DNA of 64,000 nucleotides from an uncultured Clostridium sp. Its GTDB lineage: Bacteria; Bacillota; Clostridia; TANB77; CAG-508. A program made the position numbers and the translations under genes. Each line of letters opens with the position of its first letter. The stretch's first letter is position 1. This document shows, in pieces, positions 9,213 to 18,747 of the stretch. Under the pieces are notes generated by a model that saw only the letters and a program-made list of their open reading frames with translations, was not told the origin of the DNA and searched no databases. The stretch spans positions 43,685 to 107,684 of the forward strand of contig CABPZP010000002.1 in NCBI GenBank assembly GCA_902461935.1, read 5' to 3'.

Positions 9213-11342
9213 ATGGATAAAAACGTAAGAGAAAATATAGAAATATACAAAACATATGCTTTAAATAATAAAAACAAATTAACATCAAACATTCAAATAT
9301 CCAATATCAAAACTCAAACATCTAACCTCGGATTTCCAACCTCCAATACTGCAATCACATTGGTAGCTTTGGTAATCACCATAATTGTTCTATTAATTCT
9401 TGCTGGAATAACCATAAATATGGTAGTAGGAGAAAATGGAATATTTGCCAAAGCAACTAATGCAAAAAATAAAACAGAAGTAGCGCAATACGAGGAAGAA
9501 TTAAGAATGTGTGTATTAGAATTGCAGGCAGATGAAGCCACAAATGGAACAACATTTAATATGGAAACAATAAAAAATAAATTTGAAGAGAAAGTAAAAA
9601 AAACAGAAAATACAGATGATATAGAATTTCCAATAACAAAGAGCGAAACAAGATTAGATGGAATTTATAAAGGTTATGAATTTTATATAGACGAAAAATA
9701 TGTAGTACATATAGGAGAAAAAACAACAGGAATACGAATACTAACAAATATAGAACCAACAGGCTGGACAAAAGGACCAGTAAAAGTAAATATAACAATA
9801 AAAAGCAATAATGGACTAGCAAAAATAAAACCAGAAAACGAAGAAGAAATAGACGTAGGCGGAAAAACAGAATATGTAATAACAAAAGAAAATATAACAC
9901 AAAATACAACATTCAAATATGAAGTAACAGATAATCAAGGAACTACGACAAACAAAACAATAGATATAAAAAATATAGATACAAATGCACCTACAAAATG
10001 CGAAATAGAAAGAATAGAAAACACAGAAGAAGGCTTAAAAATAACAGTAAATGCGGAAGATGAAGAAAGTGGAATAGAAAAAATAGAATACCATGTAATA
10101 GATGGAGATAATAAAGAAGAAATATATACAACAAATGTAATAAATAATTTGTCTGGAACTCAATATAGTATATATGTAGTAGCATATGATAAAGCCGGAA
10201 ATAAAAAACAAACGGAAAAAATAAATGTAAAAGTAACAAGGAAATATGAAGATATAGAAGCAGGAGAAAATGCAACATTTGCAATAGATAAAAAAGGAGA
10301 TTTATGGTATTCAGGTTTTTCAAGTCATGGAGATCCAAATGGAAAAGGAAGTTTGAGCTCAACTCAATTTACAAAAATGATAGAAGGGAAAAATCTAAAA
10401 GAAATAAAATGTGGAATAAGGGATGATCACTTTTTTGCTTTGGATAATGAAAATAATTTATATGCATGGGGACATAATACTTATGGACAAATAGGAAATG
10501 GAATAAAAAATAATGCAAATTATGAAATTACAGAAATAAAAACAGATGGAAAATTATTTAAAGAAGTTGCTAACCAAGATACATTATCAAGAGCAATAGA
10601 TGAAGATGGCAATATATGGGTATGGGGAGCCAGAACATTGGGAAATGGAACGAATGGAACTACAGGCACTCCAATAAAATTAAATGTGAATACAACATTT
10701 AAGAAAATAAGTGCAGGAGGTACTTCAACTAATGCTTGGAATTGTACAATTGCAATAGATATAAATGGAAATCTGTGGTCATGGGGAAATAATTCATGGG
10801 GACAGTTAGGATTAGAAAAAAGTGTTAAGGAAAGCTTGGTACCTCAAGAAATAAATACAGAAAATACAAAATTTAAAGAAATATCAGCGGGAGAATACCA
10901 CGTACTTGCAATAGATGAAAGTGGAAATATATGGTCTTGGGGAGATAATAGTTATACACAACTTGGAAGAATACTAGAAGGTACTGAGAAACAGAGTAAT
11001 GTTCCAACTATGTTAAATACAAATGGTATAAAATTTTCGCAGGTTTCTGCAGGAGAATATCAGTCATTAGCAATAGATATAGATGGAAATCTGTGGTCAT
11101 GGGGAGACAATTCTCGTGGACAAATAGGACAAGAAAAAAATAAAAAAATTGCAATTCCAACGAAAGTTGAAACAGAAAGTGCAAAAGGAGTAAAATTCAA
11201 AAAAATATCAGCTGGAAATAATCATAGTGTTGCATTAGATGAGGATGGGAATATTTGGGCTTGTGGAGATTGTGGTAACGGAAAATTGTCTAATGGCTAT
11301 ACTAGTGGATATAAGAATACTTTTGAAATGATTGGAATATAA
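9213..11342 (+). CDS. large secreted/surface protein: pilin-like N-terminal hydrophobic module + Ig-like region + RCC1-repeat beta-propeller
   Basis: AITLVALVITIIVLLILAGITINMVVGENGIF resembles a prepilin-type segment. About seven repeats of the form (I/L)W.WG.N..GQ(L/I)G. Confidence 0.7.
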   Translation: MDKNVRENIEIYKTYALNNKNKLTSNIQISNIKTQTSNLGFPTSNTAITLVALVITIIVLLILAGITINMVVGENGIFAKATNAKNKTEVAQYEEELRMCVLELQADEATNGTTFNMETIKNKFEEKVKKTENTDDIEFPITKSETRLDGIYKGYEFYIDEKYVVHIGEKTTGIRILTNIEPTGWTKGPVKVNITIKSNNGLAKIKPENEEEIDVGGKTEYVITKENITQNTTFKYEVTDNQGTTTNKTIDIKNIDTNAPTKCEIERIENTEEGLKITVNAEDEESGIEKIEYHVIDGDNKEEIYTTNVINNLSGTQYSIYVVAYDKAGNKKQTEKINVKVTRKYEDIEAGENATFAIDKKGDLWYSGFSSHGDPNGKGSLSSTQFTKMIEGKNLKEIKCGIRDDHFFALDNENNLYAWGHNTYGQIGNGIKNNANYEITEIKTDGKLFKEVANQDTLSRAIDEDGNIWVWGARTLGNGTNGTTGTPIKLNVNTTFKKISAGGTSTNAWNCTIAIDINGNLWSWGNNSWGQLGLEKSVKESLVPQEINTENTKFKEISAGEYHVLAIDESGNIWSWGDNSYTQLGRILEGTEKQSNVPTMLNTNGIKFSQVSAGEYQSLAIDIDGNLWSWGDNSRGQIGQEKNKKIAIPTKVETESAKGVKFKKISAGNNHSVALDEDGNIWACGDCGNGKLSNGYTSGYKNTFEMIGI

Positions 11343-11444
11343 AATTAAAAATAAATTAAAAAATTATTAAAGTCATAAATTTATGGAAAAAGCAATGAGC
11401 ATTGTTAAGGCAAAGCTACTTACATTTAAAAAAATATCATAAAT

Positions 11445-11480
11445 AAAACTCCTTTTTAATATTATTTAAAAAGGAGTTTT
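11445..11480 (+). terminator. hairpin between the RCC1 gene and nifS whose 3' arm contains the nifS RBS
   Basis: aaaactccttttta (11445-11458) pairs with taaaaaggagtttt (11467-11480). The T-run overlaps the spacer to the ATG at 11485. Confidence 0.5.
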
Positions 11481-11484
11481 TATT

Positions 11485-12627
11485 ATGAAAATAAGATATT
11501 TTGACCATGCTGCTACAACGGCAGTAAAAGAAGAAGTTTTAAAAGAAATGATACCATATTATTGCATAGAATATGGCAATGCTTCTTCTTTATATAGTAT
11601 TGGTAGAAAAAGTAGAAAAATTTTAGAAAATTCAAGAGAAAAGGTTGCAAGAGTTTTAAATTGCAAACCAAAGGAAATTTATTTTACTTCATGTGGAAGT
11701 GAAAGTGATAATCTAGCTATAAAAGGTATTGCAAGAAAACACAAAAATAAAGGAAAACATATTATAACAACAAAAATTGAGCATCCAGCTGTATTAAATA
11801 CATGTAAAAGTTTAGAAAAAGATGGTTTTGTTGTTACATATCTTGGAGTAGATAAAGATGGTTTTATAAGTTTGGAAGAGTTAAAAAATAGCATTAGAGA
11901 AGATACAATTTTAATAAGTATAATGTTTGCAAATAATGAAATAGGAACTATAGAACCAATAAAAAAAATTGGAAGAATTGCAAAAGAAAAGGGAGTTATT
12001 TTTCATACAGATTGTGTTCAAGCTGTTGGAAATGTAAAAATAGATGTTAAAGAATTAGGAATAGATTTACTTTCACTTTCAAGTCATAAATTTTATGGAC
12101 CAAAGGGAGTAGGGGCAATATATATTAATGAAAATGTAGAATTTGAGAAAATACAAGATGGAGGACACCAAGAAAAAAATAAAAGAGCAGGAACAGAAAA
12201 TATAGCAGGAATTGTAGGTTTAGCAAAAGCAATAGAATTGGCAGATAAGAATTTGGAAAAATATAATAATAAATTAATAAATTTAAGAGATTTCTACTTT
12301 GATGAAATAACAAAAAATATACCCAATGTAAAAATAAATGGAAGTAAAGAAAAAAGGTTACCAGGAAATGCAAATGTATCTTTTAAAAACATAAATGGAG
12401 AACAATTATTATTAGAATTAGATAGTTTAGGAATATGTGCTTCAAGTGGCTCTGCATGCACTTCAGGGCAAAGTGAACCATCACACGTATTAACTGCAAT
12501 AGGATTAAATGCAGAATACATACAAGGCTCACTTAGAACTACATTTGGAGAAGAAAATACAAAAGAAGATGTAGAATTTCTAATAAAATCTATAATTGAA
12601 ATAACAAATAAAATAGGAAAAAAATAA
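11485..12627 (+). CDS. nifS: cysteine desulfurase (NifS/IscS class V aminotransferase)
   Basis: SSHKFYGPKG (PLP lysine) and SSGSACTSG (catalytic Cys loop). Confidence 0.9.
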   Translation: MKIRYFDHAATTAVKEEVLKEMIPYYCIEYGNASSLYSIGRKSRKILENSREKVARVLNCKPKEIYFTSCGSESDNLAIKGIARKHKNKGKHIITTKIEHPAVLNTCKSLEKDGFVVTYLGVDKDGFISLEELKNSIREDTILISIMFANNEIGTIEPIKKIGRIAKEKGVIFHTDCVQAVGNVKIDVKELGIDLLSLSSHKFYGPKGVGAIYINENVEFEKIQDGGHQEKNKRAGTENIAGIVGLAKAIELADKNLEKYNNKLINLRDFYFDEITKNIPNVKINGSKEKRLPGNANVSFKNINGEQLLLELDSLGICASSGSACTSGQSEPSHVLTAIGLNAEYIQGSLRTTFGEENTKEDVEFLIKSIIEITNKIGKK

Positions 12628-12646
12628 TGAGTATAAAATATAAAAA

Positions 12647-12674
12647 CAGAAGAATGATAATATTCATTCTTCTG
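12647..12674. terminator. bidirectional hairpin between convergent nifS and 12685..13347
   Basis: cagaagaatga-taatat-tcattcttctg. Confidence 0.6.
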
Positions 12675-12684
12675 CTTGATGTAA

Positions 12685-13347
12685 TTAAGATAAAGTAAAT
12701 CCAATTCTAGAAAGACTTTCTTCAATTTCGGTTCTGCATTCTCTAGAAAGTTCGTAAAGTATTAAAGTATTTTCTAAACACAAATCTTCAATAGTATTGA
12801 TTCCTTTCCTTTTTAAAATATTATAGCTTTTTGTTGAAATATTGAGTTTAGAAATTGGATCTTTAAGTGAAATTTGATTTCTCTTTAAATTTTTTAATTC
12901 ATTTCTAATATTTTTTTGCTTTACTTCTAATTCCATAGAATAATTGGTTAAATATTTTTCATAATACAAAATTTTTCTGAACTTTTGTAAGGTTGATGGA
13001 TGTCTCAATCTTTTTAAAAGTTCTGCTTCAGTTTTACATGTTCTTTTGGAAAGCTTTATTCCAAGTTCAGTTGCAGTTTTTTTAGAACTTTTGTAACCTA
13101 AAAGACAAAATTCTGAAATTATAATCCGCTGTTCCTGATCTGTAAAGGTGCTAATTATATTAGATGTAATATTTTTTAGTTCATTATAGTCACATTTATC
13201 AAATTTTGCACTTTCAATGGTGTCTTTTCTAAATATTGCTAACATTAAGCAACTAAGCCCAATAGCAATATTTTTCTCTTTTTCCGATATGAATAACTTA
13301 TTTTTATAAATCATAAGTTTTTCTTCGGTAAAAGCTTTTCTGTTCAT
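12685..13347 (-). CDS. hypothetical regulator with a sigma-70 region-4-like HTH followed by an RpoA alpha-CTD-like helix-hairpin-helix domain
   Basis: FTDQEQRIIISEF...TATELGIKLSKRTCKTEAELLKRLRHP resembles sigma region 4.2. The C-terminus ISKLNISTKSYNILKRKGINTIEDL...SLSRIGF aligns with this window's own RpoA ([22 protein letters not shown]...KLRSLGF). Confidence 0.55.
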   Translation of the reverse strand: MNRKAFTEEKLMIYKNKLFISEKEKNIAIGLSCLMLAIFRKDTIESAKFDKCDYNELKNITSNIISTFTDQEQRIIISEFCLLGYKSSKKTATELGIKLSKRTCKTEAELLKRLRHPSTLQKFRKILYYEKYLTNYSMELEVKQKNIRNELKNLKRNQISLKDPISKLNISTKSYNILKRKGINTIEDLCLENTLILYELSRECRTEIEESLSRIGFTLS

Positions 13348-13550
13348 AGTAGTACCTCCTTGATAATATTATTTTATTGCACAGTAAGTTACAATTATTA
13401 TGAATACAATTACTCTCCTTTCATTTTAGTAACATCAATTTTATAAAGGCAAAAAGCCTAAAACAATTGTATTTTATCATAGTTCACATAAAAATAAAAG
13501 CTTTAAATAAAAAAAACGGTGTAATTTTTTATTTACACCGTTTTTTGAAC

Positions 13551-14465
13551 TTATTTATCCTTTTTATCAACTAAAATTTCTTTTGCTGCACCTAAGCTTG
13601 AAAGAGCTTGTGTTGCTTCAAAAGGAATGAATACTTTGTTGGCTTCTCCTTTTGCAATTTCTTCTAGAGCTTCTAAAGATTTTAATTGTACTAGTTTTTC
13701 ATCTGGATCAGATTTCTTAATTGCATCATAAATCATTTTTACTTCTTTAGCTTTAGCTTCTGCTATTTTTTGAATTGCTTCTGCTTCACCGGCAGCTCTT
13801 CTTATTTGAGCCTCTTTATCTGCTTCAGCTTCTAATATTGCAGCTTCTTTTTTACCTTCTGCTAATGTAACTGCAGATTGTTTTTCACCTTCTGCTTGTA
13901 AAATTAATGCTCTTTTATTTCTTTCTGCATTCATTTGTTTTTCCATTGCATCTCTAATGTCTGCAGGTGGATTAATGTCTTTAATTTCAACTCTGTCTAT
14001 TTTACATCCCCATTTGTCTGTTGCTTCGTCTAGAATAACTCTTAATTTTTGGTTAATACCATCTCTTGAACTAAATGTTTCATCTAAGTCCATTTTACCA
14101 ACAATATCACGAATTGTTGTAATTGCTAAATATTCAATACCCTTTTTCAAAGATTGAATTTCGTACACTGCTTTAGCAGGATCTGTTATTTGATAGAAAA
14201 CAACAGTATCTATAGTAATTGTAACATTATCTTTAGTAATAACTCCTTGTGGTGGAATGTCCATTGTTTGTTGTTTTAAACTAACAACACTACGAACTCT
14301 GTCCATAAATGGAACGATAATTGTAAGACCAGCATCAGCTACTTTATGAAATTTACCTAATCTTTCTATAATGTATACTTCAGATTGTTTTACAACTTTA
14401 ATTGTTTTATATGCTATGAATAAAATTATTAATAATAAAATAATTAAAAACCACATAACATACAC
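13551..14465 (-). CDS. SPFH/band-7 (stomatin-like) protein
   Basis: 304 aa with an N-terminal TM, an SPFH core and an Ala/Glu-rich coiled coil. Paired with NfeD upstream. Confidence 0.85.
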   Translation of the reverse strand: MYVMWFLIILLLIILFIAYKTIKVVKQSEVYIIERLGKFHKVADAGLTIIVPFMDRVRSVVSLKQQTMDIPPQGVITKDNVTITIDTVVFYQITDPAKAVYEIQSLKKGIEYLAITTIRDIVGKMDLDETFSSRDGINQKLRVILDEATDKWGCKIDRVEIKDINPPADIRDAMEKQMNAERNKRALILQAEGEKQSAVTLAEGKKEAAILEAEADKEAQIRRAAGEAEAIQKIAEAKAKEVKMIYDAIKKSDPDEKLVQLKSLEALEEIAKGEANKVFIPFEATQALSSLGAAKEILVDKKDK

Positions 14466-14488
14466 CTCCTTAAAAATTTTAAAATCAA

Positions 14489-14932
14489 TTAATTTTTTGT
14501 GGTAGTTTTAATTGTTTTTACTAAAACTTTAACACCATCAATTGAAAGGATTTCAACTTTGCTATCTTTTGGTATTATTTCGTTGTTATCTGTTTTGGCT
14601 GACCAAATTTCTCCACCAATTTTTATTTGACCTTTTCCATTTATAGAATCAATATCTTCTGTAACAATAGCTTCTTTTCCGATAATTGAAAAAGCATTTG
14701 TTTTTTTAGAATCTTTTTCAGAAGAGTATTTATTAATAAAAGGTCTAGTTAAAAACATAAGTAATGTAGAACTAATAAGGAAAACAGCAGATTGAATTAT
14801 AATACTATCTGTTATAAAGCTTGTAATTAAAGCTAAAAGAGCCCCAACAGCAAACCAGAAAACTAAAAATCCAACAGTTACTGCTTCAATAGCTAAACAA
14901 ATACCAGAAACTATTAACCAAAATTTCCACAT
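14489..14932 (-). CDS. NfeD-family membrane protein
   Basis: 147 aa with three TM segments and a C-terminal OB-like beta domain. Classic nfeD-stomatin operon. Confidence 0.8.
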   Translation of the reverse strand: MWKFWLIVSGICLAIEAVTVGFLVFWFAVGALLALITSFITDSIIIQSAVFLISSTLLMFLTRPFINKYSSEKDSKKTNAFSIIGKEAIVTEDIDSINGKGQIKIGGEIWSAKTDNNEIIPKDSKVEILSIDGVKVLVKTIKTTTKN

Positions 14933-15395
14933 AATGTTAATCTCCTTTTTACAACATTAATCTTATTATACTATAAAATAAGGGAAAAATAAAGAGAAAT
15001 TTTAAAATTTAAAGTTAAGATAAAAAATGCTTGAATTTTCTTTATAAATATAGTATAACAAAAACATATTGTAAACAAAAAATTTACAATATGTTTATTT
15101 TTTTCAAACAAATTTATTTCAATGTGATTTTTATTCTAAAAAATCCAAATGAAAAACAAATCTAAATGAAAGGAGGTAAAACAGAAACAAACAGGTAAAA
15201 ATTATAACAAAATCTTGAATAAGAAAATACAAATTGTTATAATAAAGAAAGGAAATTTTTGAAATTAAAAAAAAATATTAGATTAAAAAATTATGATTAT
15301 TCAAAAGAAGAATATTATTACATAACAATATGCATAAAAAATAGAAAAGAATTATTATCAAAAATTATAGTTTGCAACGAAAATAAATTAATAAA

Positions 15396-15501
15396 TGTAG
15401 GGGCGGACGTCTCTGTCCGCCCGAAACAAAATAAAAATAACATTAAAATATTTAACAAACATAAATTAGACGTTGTAGGGGTCGGCGTCCCCGACGACCC
15501 G
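15396..15501 (+). repeat. two REP-like units inside the HUH pseudogene
   Basis: TGTAGGGGCGGACGTCTCTGTCCGCCCG at 15396-15423. agaCGTTGTAGGGGTCGGCGTCCCCGACGACCCG at 15468-15501. Confidence 0.85.
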
Positions 15502-15652
15502 AAAAAATACATATTAAATTAACAACATATGGAGAAATTATAGAAAAACAAATAAAAGAAATAAATAATATTTACAAAAATATAAAAATAGAAAATTATA
15601 TAATAATGCCAAATCATGTGCATATGATTATAGAATTAGCAAGACAAGAAAA

Positions 15653-15680
15653 CGGGTCGTCGAGGACGCCGACCCCTACA
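15653..15680 (-). repeat. REP-like hairpin, minus orientation
   Basis: rc reads TGTAGGGGTCGGCGTCCTCGACGACCCG. Confidence 0.85.
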
Positions 15681-15708
15681 AAATGGATTCGAGGAGAGTG
15701 AAGAAAAA

Positions 15709-15993
15709 ATGGCAGAGAAGAAAAATAAAACCTTAGAAAAAGCAAGAAAAGAAATGACATATCTAACAGGAGATGAAGAAATAAGAAGACTAGCAGAACT
15801 AAGAGAAAAATGGGAGATGGATTGGAATAGCTCTATGGATTATTCAAAAAAAGAAGGAATAAAAGAGGGTGTAACCGAAGGAAGAAAAAAAGAAAGACTA
15901 GAAAATGCAAAAAAAATGAAAGAAGAGAAAATACCAACAGAAACAATCATGAAAATAACAGGTTTAACAAAAGAAAAAGTAGAAAAGCTATAA
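15709..15993 (+). CDS. stand-alone fragment resembling the C-terminus of Rpn-family (TIGR01784-type) recombination-promoting nuclease/putative transposase
   Basis: 94 aa ending ENAKKMKEEKIPTETIMKITGLTKEKVEKL, the typical Rpn C-terminal helix pair. No nuclease core. Confidence 0.5.
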   Translation: MAEKKNKTLEKARKEMTYLTGDEEIRRLAELREKWEMDWNSSMDYSKKEGIKEGVTEGRKKERLENAKKMKEEKIPTETIMKITGLTKEKVEKL

Positions 15994-16142
15994 AACTATT
16001 TAAATTATAAAAAATATAATATAAATTTAACTACAAAATTTAAATAAAAAACGCTTGAAAAATTTAACTAAATATTATATAAATAAAACATATTGTGAAA
16101 ATAATATGTTTTATTTTTTAGCAAATAAAAGAGGAGATTCAA

Positions 16143-17828
16143 ATGAGAAGAGATAAAAGAGAAGCATCAAACAAAAGAGGAAAAATAATAAAAATAATAG
16201 TACTAATAATTATAATTATACTTATGGCTTTATTAGTATGGCTTAAAGCACCAGATTATTATGTTAAAGAAGTTAAAGGCAAAACAAACTTAGTAATAAA
16301 TAACAACAATGTTACATCAAAAATGAAAGATGATGTTTATATTGATAGCAAAGGAGTAATATATTTATCTATAAACGATGTAAAAAATTACTTTGATAAA
16401 TATATTAATTACGATGAAAGTTCAAATAGATTAATTACAACTTCGGATACAAAAATAGCAACATTAATTAAAGATAAAAAAAATATAGATATTAATGGTG
16501 CAACAGTAAGTATTGCAAGCACAGTAATTGAAAAAGATGGAAAAATATATATTCCATTTTCAGAACTTGCACAAAATGTGTATAACGTTGAAATTGAACA
16601 CAAAGAATCCACAGATAGAGTTGTTATAGATTCTTTAGATAGAGAATTAAAAAAAGCTGATAGCAAGAAAAATATAAAAGTAAAATATAAAGCAAAGAAA
16701 TTTTCTAAAACACTAGCAAAAGTAAAACAAGGAGAAAAAGTAGTTGTTATTTCTCAAGATGATAAATGGAGTAAAATAAGAACAGAAAACGGCATTGTAG
16801 GATATGTAAAAAATAAAACAATTGCAAATTTAACTTATGTTAGAGAAAACATGGAAGAAACAAAACAAATAAATGGAAAAGTAAATTTAGTTTGGGATTA
16901 TTATTCAGAATATGCAAAAGCTCCAAATAGAAATGAAGAAAATATAGAAGCTGTTAATGTATTTTCACCATCATTTTTCTATCTTGAGAAAGGTAGCGAT
17001 GGAAAAGTTTCAGAAAATGTAAATCAAGAAGGTAAAGATTATGTGGAATGGGCACATAATAATGGATTTAAAGTATGGCCAATGGTTTCTAATAACTCAT
17101 ATTTAACAACAACAGAAGGGATTTTAAATGATTACACAAAAAGAAGAAAATTAGAAGATGAAATAGTTAGAGTGGCAGAAGAATATAATGTTGACGGTAT
17201 AAACTTAGATTTTGAAAATATGAATAAAGCAGATAAAGATATGTATTCTAGATTAGTTATAGAACTTGCTCCAAGGTTAAAAGATTTAGGGAAAACTTTA
17301 ACTGTAGATGTAACAGCACCAGATGGCTCTGAAACATGGTCATTATGTTTCGATAGAGATGTTATTGCAGATGTTTCAGACTATATAGTATTTATGGCAT
17401 ATGACCAATATGGAACAGGAGGAAATAAAGAAGGAACAACAGCAGGATATAACTGGGTTGAAAATAATGTAAAAAAATTTATAGGACAAGAAGCAGTAGC
17501 AAAAGAAAAAATAATATTAGGAATACCTTTATATACAAGATTATGGAAAGAAGATAATGGGAAAATAACAAGTAAAGTTGTTAATGTTAAAGATGTAGAT
17601 AATACTATTCCAAACGATGTTCAAAAGAAATGGGACGATGAACTTAAACAAAACTATGTTGAATATACAGAAGGAAGTGCAACCTACAAAATGTGGATTG
17701 AAGATGAAAAATCTATAACAGAAAAAATTGGATTAGCAAAAAAATACGATTTAGCAGGAATTGCATTTTGGGAAAAAGATAGAGAATATGAAGGATTCTG
17801 GCAATTTGTTGCAAATGAATATAAATAA
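16143..17828 (+). CDS. glycoside hydrolase family 18 (YaaH/YdhD-like peptidoglycan/chitin hydrolase) with N-terminal TM, stalk and SH3-like domains
   Basis: DGINLDFENM (the DxxDxDxE GH18 catalytic motif), GIAFWE near the C-terminus, and an SH3-like WSKIRTENGIVGYVKNK. Confidence 0.85.
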   Translation: MRRDKREASNKRGKIIKIIVLIIIIILMALLVWLKAPDYYVKEVKGKTNLVINNNNVTSKMKDDVYIDSKGVIYLSINDVKNYFDKYINYDESSNRLITTSDTKIATLIKDKKNIDINGATVSIASTVIEKDGKIYIPFSELAQNVYNVEIEHKESTDRVVIDSLDRELKKADSKKNIKVKYKAKKFSKTLAKVKQGEKVVVISQDDKWSKIRTENGIVGYVKNKTIANLTYVRENMEETKQINGKVNLVWDYYSEYAKAPNRNEENIEAVNVFSPSFFYLEKGSDGKVSENVNQEGKDYVEWAHNNGFKVWPMVSNNSYLTTTEGILNDYTKRRKLEDEIVRVAEEYNVDGINLDFENMNKADKDMYSRLVIELAPRLKDLGKTLTVDVTAPDGSETWSLCFDRDVIADVSDYIVFMAYDQYGTGGNKEGTTAGYNWVENNVKKFIGQEAVAKEKIILGIPLYTRLWKEDNGKITSKVVNVKDVDNTIPNDVQKKWDDELKQNYVEYTEGSATYKMWIEDEKSITEKIGLAKKYDLAGIAFWEKDREYEGFWQFVANEYK

Positions 17829-17868
17829 TTATTAATAAAAAACACTTATGTAACATACAATTACATAG

Positions 17869-18675
17869 GTGTTTTTTATGGTTAAATATATTGAAAATAA
17901 AAAAATGTTTTTTAGAAAATTAAAAGAAGAAAATAATAAAATTTTTATTTCAAAAATAAATAGAAATATAGCAAAAAAAGTTATAAAAAAATTAAATAAA
18001 AATGAAGTAAGAAATATTGTATGTGATAAAGAAATTATGAAAAGTGAAGAATTTAAAAATTATTTATATTCAAATAAAATTTATATATATAATGGAATAA
18101 AATTATACAAAAACATATTGCAAAATATATTTGAATTTATTGAAGAAAAAGGAATAAATTTAAAACAGAAAAGTGCAGCAATTTTGGTAAATGATAATAG
18201 TGAAATAAACAGAAAAATTATTTATAATGTTACAAAATATTTTAAACAAACAACAATAGTAACAAACAATGTTAGAAGATTTTTTAAAATAGAAAAAGAA
18301 CTAGAAGAAAGCGGAATACCCATAAATATATCAAATAATAAAAAGAAATGTTTAAGAAAAAAAGAAATAATAATAAATATAGACTTTCCAAAAGAATTAA
18401 TAAATAAATATAATATATATGAAAGGGCAATTCTAATTAATATAGAAGAAAATATAATAATTTCAGATAAAAAATTTAATGGAATTAATCTAAATTATTA
18501 TGAACTAGAATTAGATGAAAAATATAATAAATACGAAAAATTTGATAAAAATATAGTAGTAGAAAGTATGATTATTGAAAGCAAATTAGAAAAATATAAT
18601 ACTTTAAAGATAAAAAATTTAATTGGAAATAGAGGCATTATAAATGATGAAGAATTTAAAAAAATAGTAGTATAA
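17869..18675 (+). CDS. hypothetical protein (K/N/I-rich)
   Basis: ORF track only. Start could be the ATG at 17878. Confidence 0.35.
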   Translation: MFFMVKYIENKKMFFRKLKEENNKIFISKINRNIAKKVIKKLNKNEVRNIVCDKEIMKSEEFKNYLYSNKIYIYNGIKLYKNILQNIFEFIEEKGINLKQKSAAILVNDNSEINRKIIYNVTKYFKQTTIVTNNVRRFFKIEKELEESGIPINISNNKKKCLRKKEIIINIDFPKELINKYNIYERAILINIEENIIISDKKFNGINLNYYELELDEKYNKYEKFDKNIVVESMIIESKLEKYNTLKIKNLIGNRGIINDEEFKKIVV

Positions 18676-18747
18676 ACTTGACAAACCAATAATAATATTC
18701 TATATTAATGAGGTATTAAAATTACATAATCATAAGGAGGAAACATT

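Larger units (their letters stand above)
15259..15701 (+). pseudogene. decayed HUH (Y1/IS200-like, RAYT-type) transposase gene, interrupted by two REP units and truncated before the catalytic Tyr
   Basis: N-terminal NYDYSKEEYYYITICIKNRKELLSKII (frame 1). Then REPs at 15396-15501. Then, in another frame, KLTTYGEIIEKQIKEINNIYKNIKIENYIIMPNHVHMIIEL (HUH motif HVH), which stops at 15699-15701 just after a minus-strand REP. Confidence 0.65.
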
